The notes beneath the pieces were generated by a model. That model did not search any database. It was given only the letters and a program-made list of their open reading frames with translations, and was not told the DNA's origin. A DNA stretch of 21,405 nt from Candidatus Nanohaloarchaea archaeon (GTDB lineage: Archaea > Nanohalarchaeota > Nanosalinia > Nanosalinales > Nanosalinaceae). Below, piece after piece: positions 14,947 to 21,405 of this stretch (position 1 is its first letter; each line of letters starts with the position of its first letter). The stretch is taken from assembly GCA_041640075.1 (NCBI GenBank), contig JBEQAY010000018.1, forward strand, positions 1 through 21,405. The letters are read 5' to 3'. Position numbers and translations under genes: made by a program.

Positions 14947-17076
14947 TTGAAGCTGTTTTTAGTTTCAGTTTTAGCTGTTGCTTTCTCTGCACAGATTTCA
15001 GCAGTTGATTTCAATCTAGGGAATGGGACAGAAACCATCTATCAAGAGGGAGATACTCTGAATTTCACGGCTGAAACAGTAGCTGAAAACAGCAGTTTTT
15101 CCGTAGAAATTGCTGAAAATGGTTCAGAGCTCTCTAACTTTGATCTAGATCGTGTTAAGAATAGAACTGAAGACAATCAGACCTATTATGTATATTCCAA
15201 CTTCAGGCCTATTAATTTTTCAACTTCTGGTTATGTAACAGCTTTCTTGATGGAGAATGAGTCGTCGATCGGTAATATTAGTTTTAGAATGGCGGATGAC
15301 CGTCCAAGGATTCTGAGTTTGGATACATCTTATTCCTTAATCTTTGCAGGTGAGGAAGTCCAGGTGGAGGCCACTGTTTCTGATTCAGAAGAGAACGTGA
15401 ATAGTTCCGACCTATTTGTAAACTCTGAGGAGATTGATTTTTCAGAAAAACAGAGCGATAGGAATATTCAGCGTTTTACTGCCGGCTATACTGTAAGCTC
15501 TCAGGGAAGTTACTCTTACAACGCGTCATTCGCAGATACGAGTGGCTATGAGGTATCTGGCGAATCCGGGTTCTATGCATATGGTGAGCCCGAAACCGAG
15601 TCATCCTATGCAAATGTTACTGTTGACAGAAGATGCTTAAACTACACCAGAACATTTGAAGCCCCGGGGCAGGGTCCACAGAACCTTATCCAGAGAAATG
15701 GAACAGGTTCTTTCCTTGCAGAATTTGTAAATCAGGGGACGATAGAACACCAGATGGATTTATCGCTGGATGTAACCAATGAATCAAATAATTCCTGGGA
15801 TCCTGGTGAGGAAATAGGTAATACTGTCTTAAGTTACTCCAACAAGACCGGTATCATGAATTCATCTTCCCGTTTCGAGTACTACAGGAGATTTGAGGCG
15901 GTCTATCCTGAAGGGAATTATACCGGGAGACTACATGTTGATTCTCTCTGTGAGGATCCGGATGAAAACAGAACTCTGGACTTCAGCTTCAATATGACGG
16001 ATAATTTCAGGATTGTGGGTGTCCAGGGTTCGGGTGAAGGTGCAGAGGAAGGTAATCAGGTGACCAATCAGACTACAGAAGCAGATGTCAATGAAACAGG
16101 ATCTGAGTCGGATCAGTCGATAGAGGGAGATCAGGATGCACCAGCATTAACACCTAGACCAGAACCGGAGCCTGAACCGGAGCCTGAACCAGATCCTACA
16201 CCTCGACCCTTACTTAGTGTAAATATGGAGACTGAGAGACCGGAATACACGACTCCCAGAAACAGGTTCCAGGAGATATCTATAAATGTGACAAATTTCG
16301 CTAATTCATCTATTCAGAACCTTGAGTTAATACCTCAGACGGATGAGCTAGAGGGTTCCTGGCAGTCGAGATCAGCATCGCTTGAGAATATAAATGTCTC
16401 TGAAAGACTTGTCAGAAGTGTGTACGTTAATCCCGGACAGGATGTATCTCCAGGCAGATACAGGGTGCCGGTTCTCGCCCAGCTAGATAATGGCAGGCCG
16501 CTGGACGTGGAGTATACTACTGTCAGAGTTCAGAGAACAGTTTTCCAGGAAAATCTTACAGTGGTCGAGGCACCAAGAAGAGTCTCTATACAGAGAAACT
16601 CCACTGAAACTATACCTATTCTGATAAGAAACGATGGGCGTGAACAAATTGAAAATGTGTCTCTGGAGGTCCAGAACGTGGAGTCATGCGGTTCAGTTAG
16701 CAGTGATAGTGTAGGTGCTTTGGCTCCAAATGAGTCCGATACCTTACAGGCCAGAATTGACTCATCTGACTCAATTACAGATTGTCAGGCACTATTTGTT
16801 GTATCCTCTGCTGGAGGAGCTTACAGTTTTGCAAATGTCCGGTTCGAGATTACTCCAGCAGAAGGGCTAGTTCCCCCTGAGTTCAGGGTACCTCTCGTAG
16901 CGGTAGCTTGGACCACTTTACTGGTTCTTTACGCGTTTCTGACGCGTTTTTACAGCCTGGAGAACACTTATGTGAAGATACCTTTCGTACTGCTCATCAT
17001 GGGAGAAGCGCTTATAGTGCTCTATCTGGCTACTACGTATTACGGTATACTGCCTTCAGGAATTTTACCTTTCTAG
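14947..17076 (+). CDS. Large cell-surface glycoprotein with Ig-like (CARDB/NEW3-like) domains, Pro-Glu linker and two C-terminal TM helices
   Basis: Probable TTG start at 14947 gives the signal peptide MKLFLVSVLAVAFSAQISA. Many sequons; 'PGQDVSPGRYRVPV' and 'IRNDGREQIENVSL...LAPNES' Ig-like patterns; C-terminal TMs. Confidence 0.8.
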   Translation: MKLFLVSVLAVAFSAQISAVDFNLGNGTETIYQEGDTLNFTAETVAENSSFSVEIAENGSELSNFDLDRVKNRTEDNQTYYVYSNFRPINFSTSGYVTAFLMENESSIGNISFRMADDRPRILSLDTSYSLIFAGEEVQVEATVSDSEENVNSSDLFVNSEEIDFSEKQSDRNIQRFTAGYTVSSQGSYSYNASFADTSGYEVSGESGFYAYGEPETESSYANVTVDRRCLNYTRTFEAPGQGPQNLIQRNGTGSFLAEFVNQGTIEHQMDLSLDVTNESNNSWDPGEEIGNTVLSYSNKTGIMNSSSRFEYYRRFEAVYPEGNYTGRLHVDSLCEDPDENRTLDFSFNMTDNFRIVGVQGSGEGAEEGNQVTNQTTEADVNETGSESDQSIEGDQDAPALTPRPEPEPEPEPEPDPTPRPLLSVNMETERPEYTTPRNRFQEISINVTNFANSSIQNLELIPQTDELEGSWQSRSASLENINVSERLVRSVYVNPGQDVSPGRYRVPVLAQLDNGRPLDVEYTTVRVQRTVFQENLTVVEAPRRVSIQRNSTETIPILIRNDGREQIENVSLEVQNVESCGSVSSDSVGALAPNESDTLQARIDSSDSITDCQALFVVSSAGGAYSFANVRFEITPAEGLVPPEFRVPLVAVAWTTLLVLYAFLTRFYSLENTYVKIPFVLLIMGEALIVLYLATTYYGILPSGILPF
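16153..16209 (+). repeat. Coding low-complexity repeat PRPEPEPEPEPEPDPTPRP
   Basis: GAACCGGAGCCT is exactly duplicated at 16162-16185 and followed by a partial copy. Confidence 0.85.
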
Positions 17077-18506
17077 CTTCTGAGGTCCTCACTGCCCAGT
17101 ACTTTTTCACAGGTATCAATAATTTCATCGATACTCTCTACTGTTATATCGCCTCTATATTCCTCTTCCTGCATCTTACTGAAAAACTCGCTCAGATCAC
17201 TCATTTCACTACTTCTTTCGGATGGAACTTTTTCGGAGAGCTCTCCATAGGTAAGTTCATGATCAACTCGCAACCGGGTTTCAAGATAGCTCTTCATAAC
17301 ATGTGCGACCTTGATGCTGGCCTCGGTATCAGGAAGCTCTCTGTACTCTTCCAGAAGTTCCTTTACTTTATTATCACTCAATCCTTGAGTCTCATCTTCT
17401 TCGTCCTCGGACTCAAATTTTCTCCGTATCTTGTCTTTGAAGTCCTCAATTTTTTCCTGTGTTGACTTTGAAGTATCCTCGACTTCAATTTCTTCCTCAG
17501 AGTCCACTGCTCCCTGTAGTTCTCTTATATCTTCTTCTGCCTCCTCTTCTATCTCCTCCATAGATTTTCCGGAGTCTTCTTCCTCGCTATCATTCTTACT
17601 ATCGACTCCTTCCGCATCTTCCTCTTTACTGTTATTCTCCTCTACGTTGTCTGCAAGTTTCTCGAGATCTGAGGTACTGGAATTCCTGAGTCTTTCTTCT
17701 TCAAGGCCTTCTTCAGTAAGTCTTGAGATAAGTTCTTCCCGATGTTCTTTCTCCTCTCTCAGTTCTCTGAGTTCCTCAACTTCGATCTCCTCAAGTTCCT
17801 CTTCCGAGAAATTTACATCCAGTTCCTTTACTATCTCCTTCTTCTCCTCAAGTTCTTGTTCCTCTTGATCCAAATCCTCCTGAGACTCTTCTGAGGAGCT
17901 TTCAACACCCTCTGAATCTCTAAAGAATGACTTAAATTCCTCAAGATCTTTTTTCATTGAATTTATATCTTTCAAGAGAGTTTGAAAGTCTTTATGTGAC
18001 TTTTCAATATCATTATGTAGTTTAAGGCTCTTTAGGTGTTCTTCAAGAAACCCTATAACTGTTGATCTCCCTCTTGCAGCTTTTTCTCCTTCAATAATTC
18101 TCTTTACATCTTCAGGATGTATATTATTTTCTGTTATGAACTCCTTGATCTCATCTAAATCCTCATTTACAAGTCGGATTATCTCAGTTTCCTCCAAATC
18201 TACTGTCTCATTATCGTTCTTCCTATCTTCCATTATCTCTATCCTGTTAAGTGAGTTTCTCAGATCATCAAGTTGTCTGTAGGCTGCATTAAGTTCTTCA
18301 AGTACTTTCTTATCTTCTATCAATCTATTCAAAAACTCTATAACTTCCTCTCTATTTTTACCGCTTTTTTCCACCCTTTTCACTTTCTCTAGGTCTTCTA
18401 TAGATGCTTCCTTCTCCTCAAGAAGTCTCTCAATCTCTTCTAAATCTTTTCCGGCGATAGATGCTATGTCTTCAAGAGCCAGGTTTCCAAACTTTACTGA
18501 TTTCAT
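17073..18506 (-). CDS. Highly acidic helical/coiled-coil protein with a duplicated N-terminal domain; last gene of the MoxR operon
   Basis: Long open frame rich in Glu/Asp with two ~95 aa repeats. The C-terminal 'VAHVMKSYLETRLRVDHELTYGEL' domain resembles small helical domains of bat/MoxR operon proteins. ATG at 18506 (alternative GTG at 18512). Confidence 0.8.
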   Translation of the reverse strand: MKSVKFGNLALEDIASIAGKDLEEIERLLEEKEASIEDLEKVKRVEKSGKNREEVIEFLNRLIEDKKVLEELNAAYRQLDDLRNSLNRIEIMEDRKNDNETVDLEETEIIRLVNEDLDEIKEFITENNIHPEDVKRIIEGEKAARGRSTVIGFLEEHLKSLKLHNDIEKSHKDFQTLLKDINSMKKDLEEFKSFFRDSEGVESSSEESQEDLDQEEQELEEKKEIVKELDVNFSEEELEEIEVEELRELREEKEHREELISRLTEEGLEEERLRNSSTSDLEKLADNVEENNSKEEDAEGVDSKNDSEEEDSGKSMEEIEEEAEEDIRELQGAVDSEEEIEVEDTSKSTQEKIEDFKDKIRRKFESEDEEDETQGLSDNKVKELLEEYRELPDTEASIKVAHVMKSYLETRLRVDHELTYGELSEKVPSERSSEMSDLSEFFSKMQEEEYRGDITVESIDEIIDTCEKVLGSEDLRS

Positions 18507-18552
18507 CAACACTAACTAAACTTGGTTCTCACTCGAGTTTAAATATTGTCTC

Positions 18553-19497
18553 TCAGGGAATGATCTCCCATTTCGTGGTTCTGATAACCCACTCCAGTAT
18601 CATCAACCCTGCTGCAAACAGTATTAGCCAAGTTGTGAGCTCTGTTCTCTTTTCTCTCTTACCTATATCCAGGAAAGCTTCTCTTAGTCCGGTTCTGTTA
18701 GACACAAAGCTTGCGTTTCCCCCTGTCGAGGAGGATATATTCATTAACTCCTCTTCATTCAGGTTGGGAAATCTTACGCCAGAAATATTCTCTCCTTCTA
18801 TGGTTTCATAATCTCTCGAGAAATTGTTGCTCCCTATTCCGATGGAGTAAATAGATACATTATGTGTATTTGCGAACTCAACTGATTCCTTGAGTGAGGA
18901 GTCGCCTGTGTTCTCTCCATCTGTAATCAGTATTATTTTACTCTGTTTCTCACCTATAAGTAAAGAGGTGGAGGTTCTGATAGCTTCTGCGAGGTTTGTA
19001 CCACCTGTTTCACCGATTTCAGAAGAATCTATGGCTTGAAGAAGATTTTCACGTGAACTGGTAGGCTCTATTGTTTTCTCTACCTGTCCTGAATAAGTTA
19101 CAAATCCTATGCTGTTATCGCCTCTGCTTTCCTGTATGAAGCTTCTAGATGTGTCTTTAGCCGCCTCAAATCTACTGGGTTCAATATCTGGTGTAAACAT
19201 AGATGAAGATGAATCTAGTGCTATCACAAAGCTATTTTGCGGAGATCTGACCTCTTCAACAATTGCAGGGTTTGATATGCCAATTATCAATGCGGTTACA
19301 GCTGCTAACCTTGTAATTACCAGTAGATTACTTGTTTTAAGAAAATTTCTGCCCGATACTCTTTGTAAAGTCTCGTAGTTCCCGAATTTCATTGCTCGCT
19401 TCTTTCTTTTCTTTTTTGCGTAGAAAAAAACTATGATTATGATACCTGAAAGCAGTAGAAGTAAATTAAGATATTCCGCCGAAAATGTAAGCTCCAT
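18553..19497 (-). CDS. BatA-like membrane vWA-domain protein
   Basis: N-terminal 'F....L.LLLL' TM pair, 'IIGISNP', MIDAS 'ALDSSSSM', 'PSRFEAAK', 'GGTNLAEAI', 'IILITDGEN', 'IYSIGIG' and a C-terminal TM ending in 'LEW'. Confidence 0.92.
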   Translation of the reverse strand: MELTFSAEYLNLLLLLSGIIIIVFFYAKKKRKKRAMKFGNYETLQRVSGRNFLKTSNLLVITRLAAVTALIIGISNPAIVEEVRSPQNSFVIALDSSSSMFTPDIEPSRFEAAKDTSRSFIQESRGDNSIGFVTYSGQVEKTIEPTSSRENLLQAIDSSEIGETGGTNLAEAIRTSTSLLIGEKQSKIILITDGENTGDSSLKESVEFANTHNVSIYSIGIGSNNFSRDYETIEGENISGVRFPNLNEEELMNISSSTGGNASFVSNRTGLREAFLDIGKREKRTELTTWLILFAAGLMILEWVIRTTKWEIIP

Positions 19498-20460
19498 CTA
19501 CCATTTTTCACCCTCTTGATCGAAGTGTGAAGCAAAATTGCTTGTAAAGTCCCCTCTAGTATCTATCTTCATGAAGCTTGCTCCACCATTCTCCACTAGA
19601 TTCTCTATCTCTTCCTCCTGCTGGGCTACCTTCTCATTGAAACTGTCCCTCACCTTATCTGTATTGACCACCATCTGCCCGTCTTCATAAGGGGATTCAA
19701 ACCGCATATTTCCGTTTTCAGGTAATTTGTAGTCTCTCAGATCCCTGACCATAATACAGCTTACATGTCTGAACTTTTCCGATGCCACCTTGATTGTGGA
19801 TTCCCAGTCACCTTCTATATCCAGAAAGTCCGAGACCACAAATATCACGGTGTCGTCCTTGATTTTGGCAATAACATCGTTCAGGCTTTTCTCCATATTG
19901 AACTTTCCCCCGTAATTCTCCTGGTCTGTCAGCTCCTGAAGGATCTTCCTGTACTGTGGGTGGCCGCCTCGTGGGCTCATCAAGGTTGAGTCAGACCCAT
20001 ATATAGCGAAACCAACGTTGAGACTGGCATCAACTGAGGCATAAGCAATAGTAGATGCTATCAGCGAGGCGTACTCCGACTTGATCTTCTCTGAAGTACC
20101 CAGTTTCATGGTTTCGGAGGCATCAAACAGTATGAAAGTATCCATGTTTTTCTCTTCCTCATACTGTTTAACATAGAGTTCAGGTTTACCTGCTGAGTTT
20201 TTCCAGTCAATCCTTGAAGCGTCATCTGTAACTACGTACTGCCTTAATCCCGAGAACTCTACACCTGAAGCTTGAAACTGTTGTTTGTACTTCAGCATGA
20301 ACTGGAACATGTCTGCTACACGTTTAACCTCTGCATCTATACTATCGATTATATCATCTTTGTTCAGTCCCGCTCCCTGATCCTGAGGTTCCGAAGCTTT
20401 CATGAGGTGGCGCATCTTCTTTAGCAGACCTCCGATACCAGAGCTCTCTTCTTCAGACAT
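19498..20460 (-). CDS. DUF58 family protein (vWA-like, MoxR-associated)
   Basis: 'GVEFSGLRQY...DDASRIDWKNSA...LYVKQYEEE', 'LFDASETM' and 'FVVSDFL'. Confidence 0.93.
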   Translation of the reverse strand: MSEEESSGIGGLLKKMRHLMKASEPQDQGAGLNKDDIIDSIDAEVKRVADMFQFMLKYKQQFQASGVEFSGLRQYVVTDDASRIDWKNSAGKPELYVKQYEEEKNMDTFILFDASETMKLGTSEKIKSEYASLIASTIAYASVDASLNVGFAIYGSDSTLMSPRGGHPQYRKILQELTDQENYGGKFNMEKSLNDVIAKIKDDTVIFVVSDFLDIEGDWESTIKVASEKFRHVSCIMVRDLRDYKLPENGNMRFESPYEDGQMVVNTDKVRDSFNEKVAQQEEEIENLVENGGASFMKIDTRGDFTSNFASHFDQEGEKW

Positions 20461-21405
20461 CTATCTCACCGGAACCTTCCTGAGTATGTTCTCGATGATT
20501 TCATCTACCTCTATATCCTGTGCCTCTCCCTCGTAGTTCAGCATTATCCGGTGAATGAAAACATCGTGTGCCACCTCACGTACATCACCAGGTTTCACAA
20601 AGTTCCGGCCGTTGTACAATGCATTTGCACGTGCTGCCAGAGCCAGATTGATGGATGCTCTCGGCGTAGAACCCCATTCAATGTACTCCCCGTATTCAAG
20701 ACTGTATTCTGAAGGATTCCTTGTAGCGTCGACAAGGTCAACAATGTAAGCTTTGATCTCCTGACTGACAGTTACCTGCTTCACGAACTCCTGCATATCA
20801 ACTACATCCTGATCATCCACTACAGTACCTACGTCGAAGTCTTCGTCATCTATCATGTTTGCGTTCATATCGATAATCTTCTGCTCGTTATGTTTCTTTG
20901 GATAGTCCAGGTAGATCTTGAACATGAAACGGTCGATCTGGGCCTCCGGCAGTGGATAAGTTCCTCCCTGCTCGGTAGGGTTCTGAGTTGCCATCACGAA
21001 AAAAGGCTCTGGCAGATGAAAGGTCTCATCACCGATGGATACCTTGTGCTCCTGCATCGCCTCAAGCATCGCAGACTGAACTTTCGGCGGTGCACGGTTG
21101 ATCTCGTCTGCAAGTATAAAGTTAGCAAATATGGGTCCTTTCTCGATGTAAAAACCTTTATCCTCGTTGTAAGCCTCTACACCCATGATATCAGATGGAA
21201 GTAAATCCGGTGTAAACTGCACCCTGTGAAACTCTGTATCCGAGACAATCCGCCCCAGCTGTTCAACAAGAAGCGACTTCCCTAACCCTGGCACACCTTC
21301 AAGCAAAACGTTACCTCCTGCAATAACCGTCAAAAGAATCTTATGAATAACATCCTCCTGTCCGATATACCCTTTCTGAATCTCCTCCTCCATCGTCCGA
21401 ACCAT
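20461..21405 (-). CDS. moxR: MoxR-family AAA+ ATPase (N-terminus may extend beyond the window)
   Basis: Walker A 'LLEGVPGLGKS', 'RVQFTPDLLPSDI', 'ADEINRAPPKVQSAMLEAMQE' and 'ATQNPTEQGGTYPLPEAQIDRF'. Confidence 0.96.
   Translation of the reverse strand: MVRTMEEEIQKGYIGQEDVIHKILLTVIAGGNVLLEGVPGLGKSLLVEQLGRIVSDTEFHRVQFTPDLLPSDIMGVEAYNEDKGFYIEKGPIFANFILADEINRAPPKVQSAMLEAMQEHKVSIGDETFHLPEPFFVMATQNPTEQGGTYPLPEAQIDRFMFKIYLDYPKKHNEQKIIDMNANMIDDEDFDVGTVVDDQDVVDMQEFVKQVTVSQEIKAYIVDLVDATRNPSEYSLEYGEYIEWGSTPRASINLALAARANALYNGRNFVKPGDVREVAHDVFIHRIMLNYEGEAQDIEVDEIIENILRKVPVR

Noticed and set aside
16153..16209. Short direct repeats as a CRISPR array
   Set aside because: They are 12-nt in-frame coding repeats with no spacers, and no cas genes are present.
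17431..17868. Ser-rich 145-aa + strand ORF
   Set aside because: It is the antisense shadow of Glu-rich codons in the acidic minus-strand gene.

Overview
Gene-dense window from an extremely halophilic archaeon. The proteins are strongly acidic, GC is moderate, the informational genes are archaeal and the promoters look leaderless, which best fits Nanohaloarchaeota (DPANN); this assignment is an inference. The left part holds a HerA-like ATPase, tRNA-Val(TAC), pth2, truD, a three-gene processive GT2 glycosyltransferase operon and a membrane-anchored wHTH regulator. The middle holds a PEP synthase fused to a C-terminal winged-helix domain and a reduced rps19e-PDCD5-rpl39e-eIF6 cluster; rpl39e is missing from the ORF track and rpl31e is absent from its usual slot. 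The right part is an accessory-like block of five exported or membrane glycoprotein genes converging on a MoxR-DUF58-vWA(BatA-like)-acidic protein operon. The best candidates for undescribed biology are this surface-appendage-like cluster, the PpsA-wHTH fusion and the GT2 operon. No CRISPR array, rRNA or mobile element was seen.
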